From: Nitrososphaerota archaeon
GTDB taxonomy: Archaea > Thermoproteota > Nitrososphaeria > Nitrososphaerales > JAAOZN01
NCBI GenBank assembly: GCA_011605775.1
Contig: JAAOZN010000008.1
Location: forward strand, 1 to 59,932
Length of the DNA stretch: 59,932 bases
Reading direction: 5' to 3'
Shown one piece after another: positions 9,853 to 18,140 of this stretch (the stretch's first letter is position 1; every line of letters begins with the position of its first letter). The notes beneath the pieces are model-generated. The model was not told the origin of the DNA, searched no databases, and saw nothing but the letters and a program-made list of their open reading frames with translations. The translations under genes and the position numbers were made by a program.

Positions 9853-10332
9853 TTAGAGGATGTCCTCCATAGTCTCTTCGTGATCAACTTCTTCCTGCAT
9901 TATGTGCCTTATGATGTGGAAAGTGATAGGATCTCCCCACTCCTTCATCAGCTTCTTAAGTAGATTGTTATAGACCTCTATTGCCCCCCTCTCAGCATCG
10001 ATTACAGCCTTGATGATGCCATCAAGGTCTCTGGGGTCTTTAGGTAGCTTGACTTCAGGGTAATTAGCTACTTTGGTTAGCTGAGCGAAGTCTCTGGTTG
10101 GTTCTGAGCCGAGTTCAATTATTCTCTCAGCCAGCTCTCCTGCGTGCTCAAGTTCGTCTTTAGCGAGTTCCTTCAGCGCATCTATGACCATAGGTGAGGT
10201 TCTGCTTTCAGCTATCTCTGCAGCTAGTGTGTAGTAGTAGAATGCTATCCATTCGTCTGCGTGAGCCTTCTGCAACTCGCGGATAAGCTGGTCAACATCG
10301 CCTTCAACGACTTCTCTTCCCTTCTTACCCAA
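9853..10332 (-). CDS. Ferritin-like, Dps-like (DPSL) protein
   Basis: 159-aa four-helix-bundle-type sequence with di-iron ligand-like pairs (DELEHAGE and QEEVDHEE). Confidence 0.7.
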   Translation of the reverse strand: MGKKGREVVEGDVDQLIRELQKAHADEWIAFYYYTLAAEIAESRTSPMVIDALKELAKDELEHAGELAERIIELGSEPTRDFAQLTKVANYPEVKLPKDPRDLDGIIKAVIDAERGAIEVYNNLLKKLMKEWGDPITFHIIRHIMQEEVDHEETMEDIL

Positions 10333-10391
10333 CTTGTATCACACCTTACTTACTGCAAAAGATGCTATAAAGGATTTCTATTTGCAGGGAG

Positions 10392-10467
10392 GATGATGTT
10401 ACGATAAGGAGACACATATGACAACCAAAGAAAGCACCAAACACTAAAACCTTACCGTAACATCATC
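10392..10467 (+). mobile_element. MITE-like non-autonomous element, copy A (76 bp)
   Basis: Terminal inverted repeats GATGATGTTACGATAAGG / CCTTACCGTAACATCATC match at 17 of 18 positions. The element is flanked by a perfect 9-bp direct repeat TGCAGGGAG (10383-10391 and 10468-10476). A second copy lies at 43303-43375 in reverse orientation. Confidence 0.7.
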
Positions 10468-10515
10468 TGCAGGGAGAGTTCGATTAGTACGTGCTGGTTT
10501 ACTCGTCGAGCCGAT

Positions 10516-11744
10516 TCATCGCTTCTCTTTGACAGCACTCGTTAGAAAGGAAGCCGAGAGAACAAGTATTGCAAGCATAATCCATCCGTTCAAGAAACTT
10601 CCTGTGGTGTTTCTTACGACGCCGAAGATGAAGGGGAGTAGGAGAGAGCCTAGGGATGCAAAGGTATTCTGGTACCCCGTAACCCTTCCGGATCTATCAA
10701 TACCGAAGATGTCAGGAAGAATGGCAAAGATAGGCGCTCGAAGTGTGTGAATGAACATCCCCCCAAAAAGACAACGATAACCCAAACGAGCAGCGGATCT
10801 GTTGTAAAGGCTAAAGACGCACAACCAACAGCTAAACCAACAAAAGAGAGCACCAGGATCTTGATGTGCCCTAACTTATCGGCTAGAAAGCCTCCTAACG
10901 GGTTTCCAAGGAGTGAAATTGTACCTAAAACCGATACTGTCGATGCTGCTATGATGAATTCAAAACCTCTCGCTTCAAATAGAAAAGTAGGCAGCCAACC
11001 CACCAACGCGTATTGAAAGCCAAGACGCATAAACTGTCCATAACCCAGTATCCAGAACTCTCTGCTACTAAATAAGTTCTGCTCAGCCTTCGGTAAGCTT
11101 CGTGAATTCTCTTTTATCGCTACGTTTCTTAACCGAAACCATACGAAGAGCGAGGCTATGAAGCTAGGAACCGATGATAAGTAGACGCTATAGCGCCAAT
11201 CATACACGGTAGCTACAATAGAGAATACCGGCGGGCTGAGTATTGTAGCGATACTGGAACCCAGCGAACTTAAGCCGACCGCAGTACCCCTACTCTCAGC
11301 AAAACGGGATACGATTATCCTTATCGTCGGGACGAAGATGCCAGCAGAAGCAAAGCCGTTTACGATACGCCAAGCAGATGCCTCATAAAAGCTTGTGGAC
11401 GTGCCGAAGAGAAAGGATGTAACCCCAGTGCTGAAAAGTGAAAGAGCCAACGCTTTGCTACCAAACCTATCTGCAAGATATCCCCACGGTATCTGACCGA
11501 TAGAGTACCCGAGAGAGTAGGCGGCGATCAAAAACCCAGCTTCACTGTAATCCAGAGTCAAGGAATTCTTTACGAGAACAAGAAGTGGTGAAAGCACGGT
11601 ATTAGCAAAGGTTAAGCTGAACTGGGCGAAGATTAGCTGCGCAATTATACGCTTCTTATCACTTTTTGACACCTTATCAGACACCTTCTGTACCGAGGCA
11701 GCTAGCTTTAGCCCCTTTATGCCAAGACCTACTTTCGATGACAA
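10516..11744 (-). pseudogene. MFS transporter interrupted by a frameshift at a T5G6 homopolymer
   Basis: Two overlapping minus-strand ORFs (10650..11744 and 10516..10824) together encode about 409 aa of a 12-TM MFS-type protein (GYLADRFG motif). The frames join at the plus-strand C6A5 run (10759-10769): ...VVFLGG continues as MFIHTLRAPIFAIL.... Confidence 0.7.
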
Positions 11745-11827
11745 CTACTATTGTTATATTAACCTTTTGCAAGGTAGGAGGGGGTAAAACTGATATGTAT
11801 GTTATGTGCTAAAATCTTTGATGGACG

Positions 11828-12025
11828 TTGGCTTATAGATATGTTGAGGTAGTTGGAGCCTCCGAAAAAGGATTAGACGATGCGATAAGAAGGGCGGTGG
11901 AAGAAGCCTTTAAGGAAAGTAACCAGATTTCTTGGTTCTCGGTTTCAGAGATAAGAGGCAGCATAAGAGAGGGTAAGGTGAAGGAGTTTCAAGTCATGGT
12001 TAAGGCTGGGTATAAAGTGAGTTAA
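11828..12025 (+). CDS. Dodecin-family flavin-binding protein
   Basis: 65 aa with a TTG start. YRYVEVVGASEKGLDDAIRRAVEEA...WFSVSEIRGSI..GKV.EFQV.VKAGY follows the dodecin consensus. Confidence 0.75.
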   Translation: MAYRYVEVVGASEKGLDDAIRRAVEEAFKESNQISWFSVSEIRGSIREGKVKEFQVMVKAGYKVS

Positions 12026-12401
12026 CACCCCTCCTATATCTCCAATGCATCTCCTCTACTCTCCTCCGATTCACACCCTTACCGTGGGGTACAAACCCTC
12101 CTCCGAACCTTTTAGGTATGTGGAGGAGTTCGTGTATGATAACCTTCTCCTTCTCTGGCTGAGTTAACCTATCGTACCTCTCAGATATGACCTCTATAAG
12201 ATACATGGGTTTAATATTAAAGCCAGCCTCCCAAACCCTACCTAAAGCGTGTACTCTAGCAGCCACCCGCCTAGATCTCGAACCCCGGCTCCTCACAAAC
12301 CCTAGCCTCGAGCGGTCAATATGGTTCAAACCCAGCACATCGATTATCGACTCAGCGAGAAGCCTAACATCCTCGGCATAAGAGTACTTCAAGACAGCCA
12401 T
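12000..12401 (-). CDS. Putative zinc metallopeptidase (HExxH; COG4900/SprT-like)
   Basis: 133 aa with IIHELLHIP (HExxH) followed by GGGFVPHG. Its 3' end overlaps the dodecin gene 3' end by 26 nt, in convergent orientation. Confidence 0.6.
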   Translation of the reverse strand: MAVLKYSYAEDVRLLAESIIDVLGLNHIDRSRLGFVRSRGSRSRRVAARVHALGRVWEAGFNIKPMYLIEVISERYDRLTQPEKEKVIIHELLHIPKRFGGGFVPHGKGVNRRRVEEMHWRYRRGVNSLYTQP

Positions 12402-12530
12402 ACATTAAGAGGGACTTATCTTAAAGTTTTGTCTAAGGAATAGAAGACATAAACGTATATTTTGCGCAAAGTATGGAATAGTATCCTGGATTCCTTATGC
12501 TGAGTAAAAGATTCAAGCAAATGATGTAGT

Positions 12531-12545
12531 AAAAATATTATAAGG
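12531..12545 (+). promoter_or_regulatory. TATA-box-like element AAAAATATTATAAGG
   Basis: AT-rich box centred about 32 nt upstream of the ATG at 12570. This fits a leaderless or short-leader archaeal transcript for the 12570-14781 module. Confidence 0.35.
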
Positions 12546-12569
12546 TTGGATGTATCATATTTATCTTGG

Positions 12570-13004
12570 ATGGCGAAGGTACTGATCTTCCCCTATAACA
12601 GCCTCATCCTATACGATCTCGTAAAGAGAGGGGGGCATGAACCTCTTTCAGTGATGAGAGAGGTTGCTAAGAGGTTAAGCGATGGTTTAAACTCGCCTCC
12701 TTACAATGTCACATACGATGATGTGAAAGCTGGTTTGGAGTATTGTGCTGTGGATGTGCCAGCAGGTGTAAGGGGGAGACTTGCCTATTTGGCGCCTCTA
12801 ATAGAGGAAGCTCAGGCTGCTATCTTCATTAGAGACCCTGAATATGCTTTTGGAAGTTCAGGCTGTGCACGCGCAAACGAAATGGTGTGGCACCTTGTTG
12901 TCAAGAAGGGTATACCAGTATTATCAGTGAAGTATCCTAAGAACTACGATGAGGCGAGAGAATTCGTTTCAAAGATCAACTCTTTCTTGAAGAGCCTAGG
13001 GTGA
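12570..13004 (+). CDS. Small conserved protein, possibly methanogenesis-marker-5-like (unverified)
   Basis: 144 aa from the ATG at 12570; the ORF is open from the TTG at 12546, but the TATA-like box abuts that codon. It is separated by 4 nt from the downstream activase-like gene. Family assignment is from size and context only. Confidence 0.4.
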   Translation: MAKVLIFPYNSLILYDLVKRGGHEPLSVMREVAKRLSDGLNSPPYNVTYDDVKAGLEYCAVDVPAGVRGRLAYLAPLIEEAQAAIFIRDPEYAFGSSGCARANEMVWHLVVKKGIPVLSVKYPKNYDEAREFVSKINSFLKSLG

Positions 13005-13008
13005 ACCT

Positions 13009-14259
13009 TTGGTGACCATCCCACTACTCTACAGGAAAGAAAAGGTAAGGATAGCTCAGATTTCCTGTGGAACTGAGTGGAGCGGAATACAGCCAGAGCT
13101 CGATAAGGTTGCGGAGCTTGTGGGTGCTGAAATCTTCTTTCCGGAAGCGTCGCTAGAGGAGATTGAGCTCGGGGTTGAGAAGCTGGGCTTCTCACCGGTC
13201 AGCCACAGCCTTAGGGTTATGCTGGGTCAAGCGATAGCTCTAGAGAACTACCGTGATGTCGATGGTATACTTCTGCTTACTTGCTTCAGGTGCGCTGAGG
13301 GTAGTCTAACTAGGACGGTGCTACGTAGATATCTGCAGAGCAGATTTAACCTTCCAATAATTACATACAGTTATACAGAGCGGACCAAGGCAGAAAACCT
13401 TCTCCTTAGGTTAGAAGCGCTTGCAAACCTTATCAGAAAGAGACCTTTACTGGAGGTAAAGAGGCAAGAGGGTGTAAGCCTCGGTTTGGATTCAGGCTCA
13501 TCCTGGACCAAAGCGGTTCTGATGGAGGAGGGTGAGGTAGTTGGCTTCAGTGCCCTGCCGACCACTGATATACTTGATACAGCGTTGAAGGTTGTGGAGA
13601 AGGCGGTTAATGGTGCGAAGACGCGCTTCTCAGTAGGCAGCGATCCGGTTGGTGTAACAGGTTACGGGCGGCATCTTCTAAGCCCGAAGTTTAATGCGAA
13701 AGTCGCTATGGAGGAAATAACCGTTTGCGCGAAAGGAGCTACATTCCTAACAGATCAGCATACCGGCGATGCAACGATCATAGATATTGGTGGTAACGAT
13801 AATAAGGCGATCAGCACACACGATGGCATCCCTTACAATTTTACGGTAGGTGGGGTATGTGCAGGCGCATCCGGAAGGTTCTTGGAGGTCGCAGCCGCTA
13901 GGCTTGGTGTAAGTGTGAGCGAGCTTGGTGAGCTTGCTCTCAGAGGTAACCCGAGCAACATACGGATGAATGCTTACTGTATAGTCTTCGGCATACAGGA
14001 TATAGTAGCCGCTTTGGCAGCGGGCGCAAAGAAGGAGGATGTTGCGGCAGCAGCCTGCTTCAGCGTAGCGGAGCAGTTCTTTGAGCAGCAGCTTCAAGAG
14101 ATCGAAGTGAGGTCTCCTATCATAGAGATAGGCGGCACCTCTTTGAATAGGGGTCTAGTGAGGGCTATAGAGAAGATCACCCATTCTCAAGTAAAGGTGC
14201 CTCCTCACTCGCAGTTCGCTGGCGCGGTGGGTGCAGCTGTCCTTGCCTCTAACGCTTAG
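13009..14259 (+). CDS. BcrAD/BadFG/HgdC-type ATPase with an extra N-terminal domain (methanogenesis-marker-15-like)
   Basis: Residues ~155-416 align block by block with the 2-hydroxyacyl-CoA dehydratase activator HgdC. The blocks are LGLDSGSSWTKAV, VTGYGRHLL, IIDIGGNDNKAI, GVCAGASGRFLEVAA, NAYCIVFGIQD and IEIGGTSLNRGL. Both cluster-bridging Cys positions are conserved. The ~150-aa N-terminal domain carries ISCGTEW and CFRCAEG. Confidence 0.75.
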   Translation: MVTIPLLYRKEKVRIAQISCGTEWSGIQPELDKVAELVGAEIFFPEASLEEIELGVEKLGFSPVSHSLRVMLGQAIALENYRDVDGILLLTCFRCAEGSLTRTVLRRYLQSRFNLPIITYSYTERTKAENLLLRLEALANLIRKRPLLEVKRQEGVSLGLDSGSSWTKAVLMEEGEVVGFSALPTTDILDTALKVVEKAVNGAKTRFSVGSDPVGVTGYGRHLLSPKFNAKVAMEEITVCAKGATFLTDQHTGDATIIDIGGNDNKAISTHDGIPYNFTVGGVCAGASGRFLEVAAARLGVSVSELGELALRGNPSNIRMNAYCIVFGIQDIVAALAAGAKKEDVAAAACFSVAEQFFEQQLQEIEVRSPIIEIGGTSLNRGLVRAIEKITHSQVKVPPHSQFAGAVGAAVLASNA

Positions 14260-14265
14260 TGGTGT

Positions 14266-14781
14266 GTGATGTCTACAGAAAAGAAGACGGTTCGGGTCGT
14301 TCTTTCGCCTAATTCGGAGAGCACGCCATCTAGTCTCTGGTATAGAGTTTTTGCTGAGCTTGGTGATAAAGTAAGGGTGAAGGAGAAGGCATATGGCTTG
14401 CTCATCAAAGGTCCCAGAGAGTTTGTTGACGAGATCGTCGAAAAATTGAAGGAAAGCGAGTCTGGGAGGGTATTCGTCTGCGAATCGTCGCAGCCTATAA
14501 GGTCTCACAGCGTATTTGGCGGCTTTCTCCAGCTTAGTGGTGAGTTGACCCTCCTACCTTTTATATCAGTAGCCCTTGAGGGAGGGCCGAGAGAAGGCGC
14601 ATCAAACGTTTCTGCTAAGCTCGTCAGATGCAAATATATTGAGGAGAAGAATATCGTAGCTCTGCTCATAGATTACGGCGATGGTAAGGTTAAGGTTAGA
14701 TGCCCAGATATGATGTTCCGCGGCTCACACCTTTGCGGAACGATGCGGAGATGCCCCTACGGTGAAATACTCTACCCATAA
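14266..14781 (+). CDS. Small Cys-containing protein of unknown function (possible marker-17/6-like partner)
   Basis: 171 aa, starting 6 nt after the activase-like gene. It has a C-terminal Cys cluster (VRCK...VRCPDMMFRGSHLCGTMRRCPYGE). No motif is assigned. Confidence 0.35.
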   Translation: MMSTEKKTVRVVLSPNSESTPSSLWYRVFAELGDKVRVKEKAYGLLIKGPREFVDEIVEKLKESESGRVFVCESSQPIRSHSVFGGFLQLSGELTLLPFISVALEGGPREGASNVSAKLVRCKYIEEKNIVALLIDYGDGKVKVRCPDMMFRGSHLCGTMRRCPYGEILYP

Positions 14782-14870
14782 ATTTGTTAGTACATTGACC
14801 CCAACTATTATAGTATAGCCTTATTAAGATGTGTAGTTGGTGGTCTATACGGTAAGCGGTAGAGCGCTAG

Positions 14871-15545
14871 ATGTCTACTAAAGATTCGGGTAAGGAAGCC
14901 GAGGGTGTGGAGCAACCTAGTAAACCAGAGACTATGATATCTGAGAAGACCCTCCTCTCAACTGGCATAAGGGTCGGCACGATGGTTAAGACGAAGGCTA
15001 TGGCGCATTTCGTAAGCAGAACGACACCAGACGGGCTTCACTACATCGACCTCAGTAAGACTTTGGCGAGAATAGAGATCGCAGCACGGTTTATCTCCAG
15101 AGCCGATATAAGTAAGGTGGTCGTATACTCATCCAGAGAGTACGGCAAGACACCTGTTGAAAAGTTCTGTGAGTTGACGGGCGCTATTCCGATCACAGGG
15201 CGGTTTATGCCCGGAACCTTCACAAACCCGCTCTACCCCAACCACATCGATGCAGAGATCGTCGTAGTGACTGATCCGGCAATCGATACCCAAGCGGTTG
15301 ACGAAGCATCCAAGATGGGCATACCAGTTGTAGCGATTTGTGACACAGATAACGTCACCTCAAAGGTCGATCTCGTCATACCAGCAAATAACCGGGGGAG
15401 AAAAGCTCTAGCAGCCGTCTTCTGGCTCCTAGCAAGAGCCGTACTCATACGCACAGGCAGACTGACTGCAGACCAGCCCATGAAGTACACCATCGAAGAT
15501 TTCGAAACTAAGCTGGTCGAGGAGGCTGTTGCAGAAAAGCCTTAA
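14871..15545 (+). CDS. rps2: 30S ribosomal protein uS2
   Basis: LLSTGIRVGT...FVSRTTPDGLHYIDLSKT...VVTDP..D.QAV.EA...IPVVAICDTDN matches archaeal S2/SA. The N-terminal ~20 aa may not be translated; an alternative ATG lies at 14934. Confidence 0.9.
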   Translation: MSTKDSGKEAEGVEQPSKPETMISEKTLLSTGIRVGTMVKTKAMAHFVSRTTPDGLHYIDLSKTLARIEIAARFISRADISKVVVYSSREYGKTPVEKFCELTGAIPITGRFMPGTFTNPLYPNHIDAEIVVVTDPAIDTQAVDEASKMGIPVVAICDTDNVTSKVDLVIPANNRGRKALAAVFWLLARAVLIRTGRLTADQPMKYTIEDFETKLVEEAVAEKP

Positions 15546-15591
15546 CCCTAACGTTTTAAAGCGAGCACATACCACTCTACTGCTGATACGC

Positions 15592-16440
15592 TTGGAGGTT
15601 AGAAGACCTGCGGTTGCTGGACAGTTCTATGAGGCAGACCCGGCTAGGCTCAAAAAGAGCATAGAGGGTTGCTTCCTACACCCCCTCGGCCCACAGAAGA
15701 TACCACCAGCACCCAAGTCTGATGAGGAGGTTGCTGGACTCGTCTCTCCACACGCTGGCTACATCTACTCCGGCCCAGTCGCAGCCCACGGTTACTACTA
15801 CGCCTCATCCCTCCCCACCCCTGAATTAGTAGTCATCCTAGGTCCAAATCATTGGGGGTTAGGAAGCGGGGTTGCTACGGTCGCTGGTGGTGTTTGGCGT
15901 ACACCCCTAGGCGATCTTGAGGTTAGCGTCGAGGACGCTAAGGCTCTGGTTAAGATTTCTGGGATAGTCGACTTCAGCGAAGAGGCGCATAGAAGAGAGC
16001 ACTCTATTGAGGTCCAGCTACCCTTCCTCCAGTACATCTACGACTCAAAATTCAAGATCCTACCTGTCTCAATGCTCTTCCAAGACAAGGAGACAGCCGT
16101 AGAAGTGGGGCATGCTATCGCTAAGATCGTAAAAGGGCGGCGATGCCTAATCATCGCGTCATCAGACCTAACCCACTACGAGAGCCAAAGAGAAGCCGCT
16201 CGTAAAGATGCAGAGTTCATAAACGCAGCCCTCTCTCTAGATGTTCTCAAGCTCTACGGTGTTATTCAGCGTTTAGATGTTTCAGCATGCGGTTACGGAC
16301 CTATCGCCGCCCTTATGACTGCAGTCAACGATCTCTCACTAAAGAGGGCTGAGCTTCTTAAGTATGCCACGAGCGGAGATGTTAGCGGAGACAAGAGCTC
16401 GGTAGTAGGGTATGCTTCTATAAGATTCTGTAAAGGATAG
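15592..16440 (+). CDS. MEMO1/AmmeMemoRadiSam system protein B family
   Basis: VRRPAVAGQFYEADP...SPHAGYIYSGPVAAHGY...HSIEVQLPFLQY are family signatures. The TTG at 15592 is in frame within the 15529 ORF. Confidence 0.8.
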   Translation: MEVRRPAVAGQFYEADPARLKKSIEGCFLHPLGPQKIPPAPKSDEEVAGLVSPHAGYIYSGPVAAHGYYYASSLPTPELVVILGPNHWGLGSGVATVAGGVWRTPLGDLEVSVEDAKALVKISGIVDFSEEAHRREHSIEVQLPFLQYIYDSKFKILPVSMLFQDKETAVEVGHAIAKIVKGRRCLIIASSDLTHYESQREAARKDAEFINAALSLDVLKLYGVIQRLDVSACGYGPIAALMTAVNDLSLKRAELLKYATSGDVSGDKSSVVGYASIRFCKG

Positions 16441-16443
16441 GCT

Positions 16444-17400
16444 TTGAAAGCATACGCGTACGCACCGGGTAAGATAATCATCTGCGGAGAACACTTCGTG
16501 GTCTATGGCGCCACAGCCCTAGCTGCCGCCATAAATAAGGGCACCACAGCAAAAGCCGAGCCCGCCTCAGCAACAACCATATACTCAAAAGACTTCGGGA
16601 TACAAGCAGATCTATCCACTAGCAACATACACGAAAGGTTAAAGCCGCTTGCTGTAGCCATTATGGCGGTTAAAGAGCATCTAGGCGAAAATAGAGGCAT
16701 TAAACTTACAGTTCAGAGCGATCTCCCTCCCAGATCAGGGTTAGGGTCATCGAGCTCCTCTGCAGTCGCTGCGGTCGCCGCTACAGCACTAGCCCTAGGC
16801 CATAAACTGCAGTTAGAGGATATCATAAGGTTGGCTATGTCCGCTGAGCGCATCGTACATAAAAACCCTTCAGGTATCGATGTTCAGGTCTCTGCAAGAG
16901 GCGGCATACTTTTATTCACAAGAGGTTCTCAGCCGGAACCTATACAGCTGAAGAATAAAGTGAGTTTTGTAGTAGCTTCCACGGGTGTGGAGAGAGAAAC
17001 AGGCGAGCTAGTAGAGCGTGTTAGGCTGTGGAGAGAACAAAACCCCTCCCTTTTCAACTCTTTGGTTGACTCAGCAACCATCCTATCAAGATGCTGTGCA
17101 GAATCGTTGATCTCAGGTGACATAAAGAGGGCTGGTGCGATCCTCAACTTCTTCCACACTACGTTGAGCTGGCTGGGGATCTCGATAAAGAAGATCGAGC
17201 AAATAGTCGAAGCAGCCCTATCATCCCCCTCGGCGCTAGGCGCGAAGCTGACGGGAGCAGGAGGAGGCGGTAGTGTGATCATACTATGCTCAGAAGAGGG
17301 TGTAGAAGATGTTGTCAGATCGGTCTCCAAAGTAGCCTCAGAAACCTTCGTAACACCTCTACCTAACAACGGGGTGAAGACTTGGATCGAGAAGAGTTAG
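16444..17400 (+). CDS. mvk: Mevalonate kinase
   Basis: APGKIIICGEHFVVYG, the GHMP motif PPRSGLGSSSSSAVA, and KLTGAGGGGSVI. Confidence 0.9.
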   Translation: MKAYAYAPGKIIICGEHFVVYGATALAAAINKGTTAKAEPASATTIYSKDFGIQADLSTSNIHERLKPLAVAIMAVKEHLGENRGIKLTVQSDLPPRSGLGSSSSSAVAAVAATALALGHKLQLEDIIRLAMSAERIVHKNPSGIDVQVSARGGILLFTRGSQPEPIQLKNKVSFVVASTGVERETGELVERVRLWREQNPSLFNSLVDSATILSRCCAESLISGDIKRAGAILNFFHTTLSWLGISIKKIEQIVEAALSSPSALGAKLTGAGGGGSVIILCSEEGVEDVVRSVSKVASETFVTPLPNNGVKTWIEKS

Positions 17401-18140
17401 CGCTGGTCAAGATAGGCGGCTCAGTAATCACAGATAAGAGCAGACCCTTCTTCCTCAACCACAACCACCTAGATAGACTTACCTCCGCATTAGCATCCTA
17501 TGGGGGTAGGCTGGTGATAGTGCACGGAGGCGGCTCCTATGCACACCCCATAGCGAAAAAATACGGCTTAACACCTGAACCAGTTAAAATCGACCCTAAA
17601 GGCGTTACTCTCACACGCCTAGCTGTCTTAACCCTGCATAACGAGATCGTGCTAAGTTTACTCAAAGCAGGTGTCTCTGCATACAGCATTCAGCCGCTCT
17701 GCCTTCTACAAGGAAGCACAGCTGAGATTCTTAACGCTGTCCTCTCCAGCGACTTAACACCAGTCACATATGGCGATGTAATCTCAACCGAAGAAGGCTC
17801 TTATGTCATATCCGGAGATACACTTATGCGCATTATAGCAAGCAGCCTTAGGCCTCACAGAGTAGTGTTCATAGTCGATGTTGACGGGCTCTACGATACA
17901 AACCCGAAGAGCGGTAGACTACTTAAAGAAGTCTCTCCAAACTGGTTACCTCAGCATACTGGTGAAGCTGGCCTCGACGTCACCGGCGGGATTGTGGGAA
18001 AGGTTAAAGAAGCCCAGAAGATCGCTTCGATGGGCTTAGACGTATACTTTGTAAATGGGCTTTACCCTGAAAGAGTTTTAAAGGCATTACGCGGAGAGGA
18101 GACCATAGCCACACGTGTGTCTAGAAGGGTAGAATCTTGA
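17382..18140 (+). CDS. Isopentenyl phosphate kinase
   Basis: Amino-acid-kinase fold with VKIGGSVITDK and VHGGGSYAH. It sits between mvk and fni, as in the archaeal modified mevalonate pathway. Confidence 0.85.
   Translation: MDREELALVKIGGSVITDKSRPFFLNHNHLDRLTSALASYGGRLVIVHGGGSYAHPIAKKYGLTPEPVKIDPKGVTLTRLAVLTLHNEIVLSLLKAGVSAYSIQPLCLLQGSTAEILNAVLSSDLTPVTYGDVISTEEGSYVISGDTLMRIIASSLRPHRVVFIVDVDGLYDTNPKSGRLLKEVSPNWLPQHTGEAGLDVTGGIVGKVKEAQKIASMGLDVYFVNGLYPERVLKALRGEETIATRVSRRVES

Noticed and set aside
10353-10387. 7-bp inverted repeat CTGCAAA-N21-TTTGCAG bracketing the TATA-like box of the Dps-like gene
   Set aside because: The arms are short enough to arise by chance. The right arm overlaps the MITE target-site duplication, so the pairing may be a by-product of the insertion.
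10393-10399. C-box-like AUGAUGU in the MITE terminal repeat (also ATGATGT at 12521), suggesting a C/D-box sRNA
   Set aside because: It mismatches the RUGAUGA consensus at the last position. No properly spaced D/D' CUGA boxes lie within the element; the only CUGA near copy B lies in the flanking duplicated sequence.
10418-10447. 9-codon mini-ORF (MTTKESTKH) inside MITE copy A
   Set aside because: The reading frame is broken by indels in copy B, so it is not conserved as coding sequence.
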